Shown here piece by piece: positions 37,728-50,771 of a stretch of 64,000 bases of DNA. Source of the stretch: Phoronis australis (Eukaryota > Animalia > Phoronida); NCBI GenBank assembly GCA_002633005.1, contig NMRA01000068.1:1097148-1161147 (forward strand), in the 5' to 3' direction. Both the position numbers and the translations under genes were made by a program. Numbering within the stretch: position 1 is the stretch's first letter; each line of letters opens with the position of its first letter. Under the pieces are notes generated by a model. The model was not told the origin of the DNA. It searched no databases and worked only from the letters and a program-made list of their open reading frames with translations.

Positions 37728-39710
37728 TTTTTATGCACCCACAAAAGTATTTGTGGTCAGACTCAACAGTCTGTCCACCCATTGTCCATGTTTACCTGTG
37801 CTTGTCTATTGGTTATCTCTAAAGCCTTTTGATAATGAAACTTGACACAGGAAATATTGTGGGATTTACCAGCAGCAGACGATTTTCATCTGGATGCAAC
37901 TACCATGACATGCATTATTAGCAGTTTTAGCGCTTTGGTTTGATTTCTAAGAAAATTGCCACAGAGTTATTGGGTAGATGCCGAGGTTACATCTTCGAGT
38001 GCGTGTATGCAGAGAATGCTACTGTTCTGCGCTCAACCTTCCCACATTTTCTTATCAAACTTTCAAAAAGGTATGCCTGCAGGGTTCAATGCTTAGAAAG
38101 ACTTCAAATCGCCAAATGCGACCTGGCAAAATTACCAAATGGGAACTGAAAATGAGGAAAACCTATGCTGAATTTTGTGAAAGTGCTGGTCCCTACAAAT
38201 GATACATAGTTGGCAAAAGCTGAAAATGAAGCAAACGGAATACATGAAGTGATAAACCGCTGAACTCAGCAAATGTCAGTCACTGAATGCAAGATCACCC
38301 GGACTAGGCGGACAGTGTTTTTTTTTTACTTGAACAGAAAATTAGGAATGTCTCGCGTGCTTGATAACGACCAGTTGGCCCCTGTTGGGTCCAATATCCC
38401 ACACAGGCTCATCTCATAAGGTAGATGCAAGCAATCATTACAGTCGTTACCTATGCATGACTTATGAGTGGTCCCTTCCAATTTTTGCCGAACGATTCTG
38501 ATTTCTGTCTGGTGCTCAGATGAATGCATGTCACCTTTTTTGGGACCAAGTTACTAAACAAAATCTGAGGGGGCCATGAGCCCTGACTTCTGAAGTCCCG
38601 CAATGCATATCGTTAGCATTTGCGATTCAACTGTATTTTTCTGAATTTTGTACCATTCCATTCTTGCACCCATGTATGGAATGCTCCTCTGTCCGTATAT
38701 CCTTCCACATTTCTGAGGAAATTTTTACCAACCTTTCAAACAATTAGTCCTGCCAAGTTCTGTAACCATGTTGCCATTCAAGCGCATTTTCTAGAATTTT
38801 GATCCATTCTTAATTTTCACATAATCATGAAGGGAAATGCTGTTCAGCTGAGGATATTGCTATCAGACTCTGCCTTGCATTTTTGCATGGGTTTTCCTGG
38901 TTCATTGATGATTGTCAAATGTCTTGACAGACAAAATAATTGTTTCAAGGGTGTGGCAGGGTCGTGCTGGTCTAATATGAATTTTGAACCTGTGCAAATA
39001 CAACATCTAATTCAGTTTCGACAATCACTCTAAAATTTCCTACTGTCTGCCCTGAAAATTTTCACCATCTCCTCAAATTCACTGTGCGAATTAAGTGGTG
39101 CTCAGTGCAGGTACCACCCCTTGACCTTTAACCATCTGTCAATGATTTCATTTAGTAGTTGGTTGAAAAATGTCCCCTCCACATATTTTCATCTAGACCC
39201 AGGTGAAAAGGTGACCTGGTGTGATTTTTTACTTTTCAAAGACTGCAGTCATTCAAAATTTAATGCTACATCAGAATTCAATATCCGGACGTACTGGATT
39301 ACCATAGCATCCAGATTGTTGGTCATTATACTTCTTGACAAGATATTGCTCATCTTTCATGATTGTTGTTAAAATGACTTGACAGATTTTGCTGAAGTTT
39401 GACACAGAATGCTGGCAATGCGCCATTAGTAGGGAATTTCGACGGATTTACCTGCTGTAACTATTGGCCTGTTGTTCTTATCACCTGTGTTTCTCCTTTT
39501 TGTGGTTCCTAAATTCGAGAACCAGGTATTTGCTGAATAAATACAGTCTGTTATTTAGTAGGTGAAATTGGGTCTCAAAATCAATTTTTTACAATTACTC
39601 GCTCCTTGATATCTTGATCGATTTTGAAGAAATTTGACGCACATGATGTAAGTAGTGGGGGTGCTCTCACCAGCCGATTTTCAGGGTTCAACATCCTTGT
39701 GAAAAATTCT
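37728..39710 (+). mobile_element. Decayed HINE/Helentron-like element with nested fragments
   Basis: ttttatgcaccc...ctgtcc start, repeated gaaa(c/t)ttgac.ca motifs and a 3' ggtgctctca...cttgt end. Boundaries approximate. Confidence 0.4.
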
Positions 39711-40959
39711 TTTTGTTGTGCAGTTGTAGATACATTTCAACATTCTTGTTTTGTTTTGTTTTGTTTTGTTTTGTCTTTGCCTTCTGTTCACTCTCTCTGT
39801 CTACCCTGTACTCCCTCTATCTGTTGTCTGTGAATCTCTTTGCTACACTCTTCATGAAGTCCATTAGCTTGAATCTTTTGACCTCGATGTCGACCTTTGT
39901 TGTGACCTCCCACCTCTACATGCCTTCATGAACTTCTTCATCACTGAACTGTCAATCAGTTTGCCAGCTGCACCCTCTTCTCTTTTGTTTTTTGGCATCG
40001 TCTCAGGGTAGGTATGCATGAATGGATGGTGGCGCCTCCTAGTAGTGGAGTCCAAACTACTCCCAGTTCTCATGCATTTCTTGTCTATAGGGTACACAAT
40101 TAGTTGCCCCTGGGATCAGATCGCACTAAAACTGTTCCAAGAGCACTGCTCCATCCTGATACAGGAAGCATCACTGAACATTTCAATTGTATCCCTCACT
40201 AGCTTTTCCTGGTGCCAAGTTAGCCTTTTTCACGAATTCTCATTATCTGCCCCAAGCTATAGGCTGGCCTAAGGGTTTCCTCAAAACACACACACCTCTT
40301 GCAGATTAGTGATGCTTTTGAAACAAATCACATGTTCTTGTGACATTCTTGTAGCCGCATATCTCCTTGTATAGCCATGCAGTTCATGGGTGTCCTTTTA
40401 AACTCAATGGTTATAGAGGCAACAATTACTATCCAATCAACTCCAAAAGAACAAGAATTGAAGAACACATGACATACTGCATGTGTGATTATTTATACTC
40501 TCACTGACAGTTGCAAGTTAACCACTCATTTATGCCATGCTTTTTGTTTTTGTTCCATCTCTCCCTCTCCTCACGGGATCATTTTGTTCTTGGTAAGTGC
40601 CACCTGTTGTAAATTTGTTGTTGCCGTCCAATGTTTTTTGGTTGTTATCATTTCGCTTTTTCTGTATGTATGTATGTTAGATAGATGTTGCCTAATTCTT
40701 TTACATACCTGGAATGGCTTTTTGTGTGACTTGAAATTCCGACAATAAAATGAACTACCGGTACTCAGTGGTTGGTCTTATTGGACCACAAGTAGTTACA
40801 ATCCTGCTGTTAGGTGGTTCAGCTTTTAAGAAAAAATGTTGATAGCTGTAGGGGTGGGGAAGGGAAAGAGCCTTTGGTGGTATTTTTTGAAAACAACTCA
40901 CTGATTTGCAACTCTTATCTGAGTCACTGGGATTTGTGAGTTCTTGTATTGTTATTTAA

Positions 40960-41361
40960 AGTCCCGTCCACTCACAGCTTGCCCTAGAACAACTTGCACT
41001 AGTGCAACTTTCCCCACTTTTAAGTGGAGCGTCCACACACATATATCCGATATTAAGGCGGAAGTTGTCACTTTGTGCGTAAGAGTGAAACCTAATGGGA
41101 ATAAAGCGCGCAAGAGAAAACCCGTCTGTATGTGACCGCAGCTGATTATTACTTCTGTCCTACCCCACTTTTGCGGCCACAGAGCAATTACAAGTGGCGC
41201 AAGTTACCCTAGAACAAGTTACTCAACCTCAGTGTGGAGTAAGTTGTCACAAGTGGGGTTAGTTGCTTTAGTTCAAATAGCCTCCACACAGACCTTACAC
41301 CTAGCGTCAAATCGTTCCAGGAGTAACTTGTTCTAGGATTAGTCTGTGTGTGGACGGCACT
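40960..41361. mobile_element. PIF/Harbinger-like MITE, copy 2
   Basis: Imperfect ~30-bp TIRs AGTCCCGTCCACTCACAG / CTGTGTGTGGACGGCACT flanked by TAA on both sides. Confidence 0.8.
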
Positions 41362-42084
41362 TAAATGCTCAATGAATGGCGCAGTTGTGTTGAGACAGTG
41401 CATTACAACTAGTGATAACTATGTAGAGTACTGACCATCTCTGTTGCAATTACCAGCTTCACACATCAACACAGCATCTGCCTGATTACCATACGACTAG
41501 AAATCATAAATAAGCTTACATTATTGGTTGTTGGTCTCATTATTCACTGCTTTCATCTCTCCTTATGTGGCTATCTTTAGATCCATTATGTTTCAACTTA
41601 TTGGCATATGTATCTTCCAGCATGTATTTCTGTTAGATGTAGCTGTCAGTCATCTGTCATGTTGAACAGATATCCCCAGTGTACTTGCCCTTGACTGATG
41701 CATGCTGCAAGACTGAAATTATCTATTGATGGTCCTAATCTATGGGGTCCCTAAGTCAGATTTGACTAAAGAGGGCCCCTTTTACTGCAGGGTGTCTTAT
41801 TTCTTGTTATTTATAATGCTAACTACAGGACCCTTGGCAGACACTTTTAAGTAAAATATGTTATAAAGGTTGATTCTGGGAGTAGATGCTTAGTATCAAA
41901 ATTTCAAGCCATGTTGTATTTAATTACCACAGGCTTCTCATATGCACATATGGTGGCTTTATTGTAGTATGTGCTCAGTCAACTGTTGGCTATCAGATAA
42001 ATCTAATAGTTTATCATCACTCTAGCAATGTTATTTATTATCTGATTTTTATCAGTTAGGCTTATGTCTACATGATACCTACCT

Positions 42085-42275
42085 CAGACCTGAAGATGTT
42101 CCACAAGACTCTAGTTCTGATTGGAATGTTCCACAGTCCTTTGTCGAACTGGATTGTTCTACAGTTTTCTGTTCAGTTTAGAACTTTTCACTGTCCTTTG
42201 TTCACACTGAGATATTCCGCAGTCCTCTGCTCAGACTGGATGTTCCGCAATCCTATTTTCTAACTAGGATGACTG
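42085..42275. repeat. About 30-bp degenerate tandem repeat
   Basis: gatgttcc(a/g)cagtcct...actg repeated about 6 times. Confidence 0.65.
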
Positions 42276-43505
42276 GGGGTTTATTCCAGAATCCGAGCTC
42301 ACTCATACTTAATTCTGAGTGGCACGTCCAGTGTTCTTCCTCCGAGTAGTACCTTGGTGTTGGCACCAGTCAGAGTTTGAAAAGCTTTGAAACATAACTG
42401 TTTTTATTGTAGGAGTGAAATAGAGGATCTCCTGCAGTGCCAACTAAAATGTCTCAAAAAGTCTCCCAAAACAAGCTCAGGTCTTAAGACCTGAGAGACG
42501 GCTTAGGTGCTCAATGTTTTCAAAATAATATTTTCATAATATTTACAATTTCACCCAAATTCTCTGTTTTCTCATCACTTATATTAGTTTTCAACTCCTC
42601 ATCCCTCCTGCAATGCATCACGGGAGGTAAATCATCTTTAGCTATGGCAGCTGTGACACTCATAGTTTCTTCACTTTTCACCATGGCTCATGGACCTGAT
42701 AAACTCAGTCCAATGGCTCACGAACACGGCTCACTGTACCAACCCCCTAATATGGCTGACTGATCACCAAACATGGCTCACTGACAACCAAAGACAATTC
42801 ACAAGACACAGCTTACACATCCAAAAAATACATTCTCATAATGGCACACACATCTGACAGACTTAATTTCTGTGTACTGCATTGGTCAGTTTTTTCAGCC
42901 GTGTTTGCACTGACATACCGGTATTCAACTTTGTTGAAAAGGTTGTTCAAATGATAAGCCTCTGCACTGATAAGAAACATCTTCATTTCAAATTATTATA
43001 ACGACCATTCTCCTCCCCGACTCATTTCTGAAACCCCATTTACCCGTTGGTAAATTTCCTTTGTTTCTTTTATTATTTGGGGAGATCGACATAGACAGTT
43101 TGTTGTTGTGCTACATTTTAAATTACTTCATTGGTTCAAACTCAACTTCCACCTCAAAAACAGTTTTTGATCTCAGGCCTTCAAATGAACTGATATAGTT
43201 CGTTATTGCTTGATTGCTTGATACCAATCTTTACAAGTTGTCTTGCCATGACATGTCATGACTTGTCATGATAGCAGTCTGTGGTCTAAATTAAAAATGT
43301 GTGTCTGTGATGGAATATGGGTTTATAGCTGCCTTAAATACATTTTTTGTAATGCTCAGTGTTTGAATTTTATGAATCATGAAACCTTTTACCTAAACTT
43401 ATACACATCTTTGTTAATGACTTTGAAACAAGAGATCATTTGTAATTGATGTTGTACTGTTTGAAATGTTGACATGCTACATATCAAAATGTTGTGTTCC
43501 CACAG

Positions 43506-43682
43506 GCCCAGTGATCAATGGTGGCTGGAGTTTGTGGTCACAATGGAGTCACTGTACACAGACGTGTGGTCAAGGCAAGCACAACAGATTTCGTTTGTGC
43601 AACAATCCGTCACCTTCAAAAACAGGCAAATTCTGTGAGGGGGATACACTTGTGTACAAAGAGTGTGGAGATGTCTGTACTA
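43506..43682 (+). CDS. THSD1: gogo/THSD1-like receptor, exon 3 (thrombospondin type-1 repeat)
   Basis: GGWSLWSQWSHCTQTCGQGKHNRFRLCNNPSP...FCEG; cccacag acceptor, A|gtgagt donor; 177 nt. Confidence 0.96.
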
Positions 43683-43979
43683 GTGAGTAGCATGAGAAGG
43701 TTAGATGCATTATAGGAATTGAAACTGAACACTTACTGATTAAAAGGGATTGTGGAGAGTTCAAATTTGATGCAACATCATTTGCCCTTGGCCCCTTTTG
43801 GGCTGGAAAATGTGCGACCTTCAAGTAAAAGCTGGGGCTGGCATCAGTAGCAAACCACGTGAAAGTTTTAGAAATATGAATATGATTTGGTGTTTACTAA
43901 CAAATGGACTTTTGATACATGCAAGCAATAAGGGATGCACATTCCGTCTCTGATTTTTGAATTATATGTGTGAATTGCA

Positions 43980-44290
43980 GGATATCGGGAAGACTGGGAG
44001 TATTGGGAAGGCTGTGGGTATTGGGAAGACCGGAGGTATCAGTAAGACTGAGGGTATTAGGAAGAGTGGCATCGGGAATACTGAGGGTATCGGGAATATT
44101 GGGGGTATTGGGTAGACTAGGGTTATTGAGAATACCGAGGGTATTGGGAATGCTGAGGGTATTGGAAAGACTGGTGGTATCAGAAAGACTTAGGTTATCG
44201 GGAAGACTGGGATATCAGTAAGACTAAGAGTATCGGGAATACTGAGAGTACCGGGAACTAAAGACTGGAGGTAGTCAGTAAGACTGGGCA
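43980..44290. repeat. 9/18-bp degenerate minisatellite (gtattgggaagactgagg)
   Basis: About 15 diverged units; this is the source of the spurious VLGRL-repeat ORF. Confidence 0.9.
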
Positions 44291-44746
44291 TATCTGCTAT
44301 GGCAACATTTTGTTCCCTGTTATTTGAATTATGTTTTGAAATTCAGTAGTTGCTTCATTTATCTTATATATTAATTTTTTTGAATGTTGATGCTTCAAAC
44401 TGCATTTGATGTGTCTTCATTTTTTAAAAATTTGATGAAATTGAATTTTTGTTCAAAAGAAATTGGAAATTTCAGACTTTCAAATATTAGGCGGAGCATT
44501 TATCTACTTTGACTCTGACTCAGCCAAAGGTTCAAAACTTTATCAGGTGTTTCAACAGAGCCTCATAGCTGCTCCATACAGTTTAAAATCCTTTGTTTAA
44601 ATTCTTGTGTTTTTTGAAAAATTACATCACCTGGCCATTGTTATCAAATTTGTGAACATGATAAAAATTGTTGCTAGCATCAGCTAACATGGCCATCATA
44701 TGCACCTCTCTGCCTTTGGTTAACTATGAATGGTTGTTTGTTTCAG

Positions 44747-45139
44747 CTCCTAAACCAAAGACTGTAGCAGCCAACATACCCAATTGGTCAGCCCCACCTG
44801 TTCACTACTGCGCCTGTGGCTGCATTCTTCACCAATCGAGTGGATCACTCCAGTCTTCTGTACAGTGTAATGGCACCACTGTCTGGCTAATTAATGTCAC
44901 AAGCTCATTCGTGATATCTTTGAAGTTTGATTACTTCCAACTCAACTCACTAAATCAGTCACTTAAAGTACGAGACGGCAGAACAGAAACGGACAATCTA
45001 CTCGTTCGCTGGAAGGGAGGAGCAAAGCCAGAGGTTGTGACCTCAACAAAGAACAACTTAATGATAGAGCTACGATCTGATTGGCCGGTCAATATAACCA
45101 CTCTAGGTTTCTTTATGAATGCCAGTTACAAAACTGTTC
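44747..45139 (+). CDS. THSD1: gogo/THSD1-like receptor, exon 4 (CUB domain)
   Basis: CGC.L...SG.L......C...WLI.V.....ISL.F..FQL......LKVRDG...ST.N.LMIELRSD....GF.ASY CUB pattern; tttcag acceptor, C|gtaagt donor; 393 nt. Confidence 0.95.
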
Positions 45140-45419
45140 GTAAGTATGAACTTTTACACTATAACAAAGTCTGGCTAATTCATCAAACAATATGGTGGAT
45201 ATGTAAAAATTTCTTTTTTCAGAAGTAGTGCCAAATAAACGCTTATCACTTTCGAGGTTTATAATAACTACCATGGGACAGTGAGAAATGAAAAAAATCG
45301 ACAAGGTCATGAATTTTGGGAATTGTTTTTGTCTGAAAATGGACAGTTTCATCATACGTGTGCAGACAAAAGTTTTGTATCGGATTGTATTGGTAAGATG
45401 TTAGTGGTACTCCTTTGTT

Positions 45420-45788
45420 CCATTTTGTACGACGTCTGCACTCGAGAGGTCATGCCACTCATTTTGTATGATGTCTGCACTCGAGAGGTCCTCCTACTCA
45501 TTTTGTATGACGTCTGCACTCGAGAGGTCTTGTCACTCATTTTGTATGAAATCTGCACTCGAGAGGTCTTGCCACGCATTTTGTATGACGTCTGCACTCA
45601 AGAGGTCCTGCCACTCATTTTGTATGCCTGCACTTGAGAGGTCCTGCCACTCATTTTGTATGACGTCTGCACTCGAGAGGTCCTGCCACTCATTTTGTGT
45701 GACCTCCGCACTCGAGAGGTCCTGCCACTCATTTTTGTATGACGTCTGCAGGCGAGAGGTCCTGCCACTCATTTTGTGTGACGTCTTC
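45420..45788. repeat. 39-bp minisatellite, about 9 copies
   Basis: cattttgtatgacgtctgcactcgagaggtcctgccact head-to-tail in gogo intron 4. Confidence 0.97.
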
Positions 45789-46452
45789 ATGTGGAACCTC
45801 ACTGTTTTGTCAATGTTAACACAGAGGCCTATTTCCACAAATAATGCAATTAAAAAGCACGCAGTCGCAGCTGGTGTGCTGACCGCACTTGAAAATGTTT
45901 GCTATACACATTTCCACGTCGGTTTAAGATTTATTTATTTTTATGTAAAGTAAATTACCGATAATTTTGAACTTTTTAGTTATTTCTAAAGAAATAAAAT
46001 TGATAACAATAGCAGTTCCTCTAAACCAGAAGTGGTAACACAGTGGGCAAGTTCAGAAACATCAACCTGTCTAAGTAAGCTGTGTTCCCTTACACGTACA
46101 GTTCTCACTCAGTGGCCCAGACCAGACATCCCTAGATTTTCTTTCCTAGCCCATTTCATAACAGTTTTCCTTTGGCTGGAGCAATGGTACCAGAAGCAGG
46201 TTGAGCTGGTCAGAGACACAGTGTTAAAATGTATTGTGTGACTTGGGAACAGCGTCATACTTCTGCTTGAAGGAATTGGTGATATCATTTTTATAAAAAT
46301 CAACTAAAAATTCCAAGTACATTCCAGATTGTGTGATTGAAATGTGTCAAATAGAAACATCCTAAAAGGGCAACGCTCTCGTAACTGGCATTCCTTAGAG
46401 TCTGTCACTACAGATGTGAACATATAGTTATTGGACTTGTGATAGAGGGAGG

Positions 46453-46710
46453 AAGCAGTATGGCCTTGTGGGTTGAGTGCCTGCTTCCTGTCCACAATGT
46501 TGGTTTGAATCCCACAGGATCCCACTACTAGTGCTGTCAGGTCTCTAGCTCCTCAACTGGATCATAATTTGTATATTTGACTTGTGTTGTGTGCATGAAA
46601 AATGCTTTCAGGGGTTTGGTGCAATGGGCGGGGCAGAGCATCCAGCACTCGTTTGATGCAGTGTGTATCAGAGCACCTGCACTATTTGTTTTATGATAGA
46701 AAATTAATGT
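46453..46710 (+). mobile_element. Decayed tRNA-derived SINE
   Basis: A-box-like tggccttgtgggtt (46461) and B-box-like ggtttgaatccc (46502) at tRNA-like spacing, no cloverleaf, AT-rich tail. Confidence 0.55.
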
Positions 46711-46875
46711 TGTTGGAGATCCAAATCCAAGTAATTTTTTCTTTGTCATAACGCAACTGTTGATCAGTAGTGATTTGTATATAGCTTGACTTTAACTAGC
46801 TTTGCAGATGTTGGGCTTTGTTGTGTTGGTGTCCTTATCATCTAGTGTTTTGCTTACTTCTCTTCTCACTTTCAG

Positions 46876-48971
46876 CTTCTCCTACATCTGGATCTGATCA
46901 GGGAGCACAAGTCTTAACAAGTGAGGACACTTTTTGGCAAAGTACTGGAACTATAATAGGTGTAGTGGCGTGTGTGGTCATAGTTCTCATAACTGTGGCT
47001 CTAGTTTTGCATCACTGTGTGTGGAAGCGTCGCAAGAGGGAGATATTGGAAAAACAGGCAAATGGGGAGCTGCCACTGGATCAAGAACATCAGTCACCAG
47101 GTAGTCGTTTCACCCATCTGTTGCAGCCAGGATCTTCACTCACATCTGATGCGCCATCTAGTGTTGGAGGGAGGAAACTCAGGCAGAAATCACAGTTCAA
47201 CAAGGGGTTTAAAACTTTCAAAGGTGATGGCAACCCGTCTTCCAAAAACTCTTCTGCTAGTTCATTAATGGGTGGTAAACGTGGTGAATTTATGCCTTTG
47301 AAACTAAAAAAGGGACATCACCATAAAAGTGTACCCAGTCCTTACGGCACAAAACCTGAGGACTTCATTCATGACAGGAACATATTTACGTCACCTCCTC
47401 CTGAAGTGACTTCACCTGAGTCGAAATTTGATTCGTTGAAGAAAAAGAAAAAACACAAACATCATGACAAAGACAATCCTGCAAAGTCTGACAATGATGA
47501 GAACAATAAGAAACAGACAAATCGTAGACACAAACATGATCAAAGTGGCAACAAAGATGATCATGGTAAGCCTGATGGGCAAAATGACAGTGATGATCAT
47601 CACAACAAACATTGTCGTCGTGATAAACATGACAGTCATCGTCATGATAAACGTGATCATCATGACAAGGGAGATCATCATGACAAGGGCGGTCATCATG
47701 ACAAGGGTGGTCATCATGACAAGGGCGGTCATCATGACAAGGGCGGTCATCATAGAAAGCACAGCCCTGACAAACACAAACATCAACGAAAAAACAAGAG
47801 TAAGGAGAAACATGTTGATGTTGTTGTTCACGGCAGTAGAAGTACTGAAGGTCTGGCAGCAGATAGTGAGGTGAATAAGATACTAGCTGGGCCAGATATA
47901 TTGCCAGTGGTGGAAGAATCTTCCCTTGATAAAGACAGTGTGGGCCTGGGAAAACATGTTGGCCCCAATGTTGCGGTGGTGTCGCCCAAAGCCAAGTCAC
48001 CATCTCATGTTGGGCCAGATGAAGGTAAGGGAAAGGCGTTGAAACGTGGCAACTCTGGCTCAAAAAATAAAGGCCATCCTGCAACAATGGCAACGATAGC
48101 TGAAAATGTTGCGCTAGAGTCGAGTGACACACTCAGGAAGTCGAAAGGGGTGACTGCTAAGCAGGAGATGGGTGGCACCCCGGACTCTGGCCAGCCGGTT
48201 GTACAATATCCCTATTTTGGGCCTTATCCTTACTATTATGCGCCGGTCGCACAGGTTGATGGTGGTCGTTCTCCAGGAGTGTTTTATCCTTCCACTGCAG
48301 GCACTCCCCCTGGTGGTCTTCCTGCCCAACAGGTAGAGGGTGCTAGTCACCCAGCCTTCCCTGTAATGTATCCAGTGATGTACGCAGCATGCCAGGGAGC
48401 TGGAGAGGGCCTGGCGCCTTACCCTCAGCTCATGGTACCTGTGTCTCAAAGTGGAAGTATTTCCCCTTCACGGGGTTTCTCACCCGTTAATGAGACTGGT
48501 GCACAGGTGATACCTGTACCTGCTGTGGTAATGTCACCTCACTACTACAGCTCGGAGGATGATCATAATGCTGCACGCAGCACCTCTAGCATAGACAGTG
48601 CCACTAGGGAGCGCCGGCGGCACCGCAGCCGGACACCTGAGAAAAATAAATCCAGACCCTCAAAAACTTCTGGTAATAGTTTGACAAGGCAGAGGAATGA
48701 ACGTCCAGATGGCAAGTCACCGGGTGAAGAATCAGTTAAAGAGAAGAAAATGGCAGATGGTGAGCTGCAGGGCAAATCGCGGTCCAATCAGAGTCCATCC
48801 TCACTGATGACGTCAGATGGCATGGAGTACGACACATATCTTCCCAACGTTCCTGGCTCCTTTCTCAATAATGACAGTGCTTATGCCATGAAATGGCCAC
48901 GCTATGGTAAACCAGGGACTCAGAAACATAGCAGTTCAGAGAAAATAGTGGAAAAAGAGAACGTATTGTAG
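46876..48971 (+). CDS. THSD1: gogo/THSD1-like receptor, exon 5 (TM helix plus cytoplasmic tail of about 650 aa)
   Basis: ctttcag acceptor; TM IIGVVACVVIVLITVALVL followed by KRRKR; long open frame to TAG. Total CDS 3678 nt = 1225 aa. Confidence 0.93.
47655..47753 (+). repeat. Coding 18-bp tandem repeat encoding (HHDKG[D/G])5
   Basis: g(a/g)tcatcatgacaaggg(a/c/t) x5 plus a partial copy. Confidence 0.95.
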
Positions 48972-50523
48972 GATTGGGCAAAACCTGCTGATTCAAAACA
49001 TTTTGTGCCATTGTTACTTGAGCAGTTAGCCATTTGTTTAATTTTACCTTCATATTAGGTGAAAAGATAAGTTCTAATACTTTACCTTTACCACTGCTTT
49101 TAGAAGTTTTGCTTGATAGTGATAACTAGAATGATTGAGAATTGTCCTGCTGAGTTATATGTTTTTGGTTATATTGAGAGTTGTATTGCATCAAGTCACT
49201 GAAACCAACTTTGGCGGACAAAGTCATTTTACTTGGATTTATTGACCAAAATAGTAACAACATACTACAATAATGAGAGCATTGAAGGCTGTGTTTGAAA
49301 TTCCATATTGAGGCCTTATTCTGCCTGTTGGGCAACCACTGGTGCTTCCACTTTGAAGTCATAGTGCAGAGATTTGATGCCTTAAGTAGCAGTATGGTAG
49401 AAAACTGTCCTTCCCTGCGCAGTGATGTTTTCATGCCACTAAATATTTTGTCTGCATGCTAACACCTAGTGAAATTGTTACTGCTCAATGTCAGTAACCA
49501 GCTCAATAGCCAGGGAATAGAGTAACATGAACTGGTGCCATTGTGTTTATTCCATTGTTTGATTACCTTGTACCCAGTGCATTGTTTTACTGTGTTTAGT
49601 TAACAAGTAAATTTTAATGGATAGACCTAGTCGAAATATTGTACAAATGAAATATTTGATTATGCAATGGAAAACACTATTAGACTGACCAAGGCCATCA
49701 TTTTTCCTTACTACTAGAGGTGCTGCCTGGCTGATGAGGCACTAATTAACCAGTGCTTTGTTCTTGAAAGTAAAACGCGCCTTTGCACATTATATAATAG
49801 GTTTTGTAACTCATTTCTATCCTTTATATCTGTTTCCCAGATTGTAGTCTACAGTGATAGGAATGCGGTGATTATTTTCTTCAGTGTCACTATTTGCGTG
49901 TCACCTGTACCATACTTGTAATTTTAAGAATCTGCTTTACCTTACGTAGGCGGTGTGCTTTATACTACTAGCGCCCGTTTTATGAAAGGTCGGAAGTCTT
50001 GACTGAGTGGGTCGCAACTTTTTTCGACTAGGCCTGCGTTCCGTAGACGGAAGAACCTCGCAAAAACCCCAAGATCACGCTAATTTCCCGAGATGTTGCT
50101 TTGTATTACAAGCGAACATATGATCAGCCAAAGCTTTAGAAGCGAAATTCTTGCACCTACAAATTGCAGCCCTGTTCATTAACGTGGTCCACGTAGGCGG
50201 TCGTTAAGTGTAGATATGAATATGTCAACTTAATGTTATTTGCAATGTTTCGATCACTAAAAACAGCGTCTTAGCTTACGATCTTTGGCCCGTATACTCG
50301 CGAGTAAAGTTAGTGTGAGTATACGTGCTGCGCTTGTAATGTATGCGATATCTCGCGAGTATCTTGCGTCTGCAGGCATCATTTTGGTGTTGTGTTCTGC
50401 CCCATTCAGCAACGCTGCTGTTAGTGGTAATGGTCAAGATACTTTCCTACGTTTTGTTGTGCAAAAATATAAGCTTGTGTACATGTAATACTGTATTTTC
50501 CAGTATTTTTCTATAGTAATCGA

Positions 50524-50529
50524 AATAAA
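50524..50529 (+). terminator. Candidate polyadenylation signal of gogo/THSD1
   Basis: First AATAAA I found after the stop (about 1.55 kb 3' UTR), followed by GT/T-rich sequence. Confidence 0.5.
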
Positions 50530-50771
50530 ACTAAATCTTTATTAAGTGTTCTTCGAAGGTTGGTATGATGTTCGTTTTTTGTCAGGCGCATTATTTTCAA
50601 CCTGACCTCGCATCTCCATCAACCCCATCTCGCACCTCGATATTTGACTGGAACATTTAAATAGTTAGTGGACATATATTCGAGCCCAGTAGTTTCATCC
50701 ATGACTCGGTTCAGCTAGAGTCAATATGGATACTCATTCAACGATTACAGTGCTACCTAGTTGTTATGTTA

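Noticed and set aside
45420-45788. 39-bp repeats as a CRISPR-like array or coding repeat (ORFs 45281-45953)
   Set aside because: Units are head-to-tail with no unique spacers, lie in a eukaryotic intron, and the ORFs in several frames are by-products of the repeat.
46453-46525. Functional tRNA gene
   Set aside because: A- and B-box-like motifs are present but there is no acceptor stem or anticodon arm; better explained as a SINE head.
47386-48132. 248-aa and 139-aa antisense ORFs and the 136-aa alternate-frame ORF
   Set aside because: Shadows of the His-rich coding repeat in gogo exon 5.
49731-49770. CTGATGA plus hairpin in the gogo 3' UTR as a hammerhead or SECIS
   Set aside because: The stem is not followed by GAAA, is too short for a SECIS, and the CDS has no in-frame TGA.
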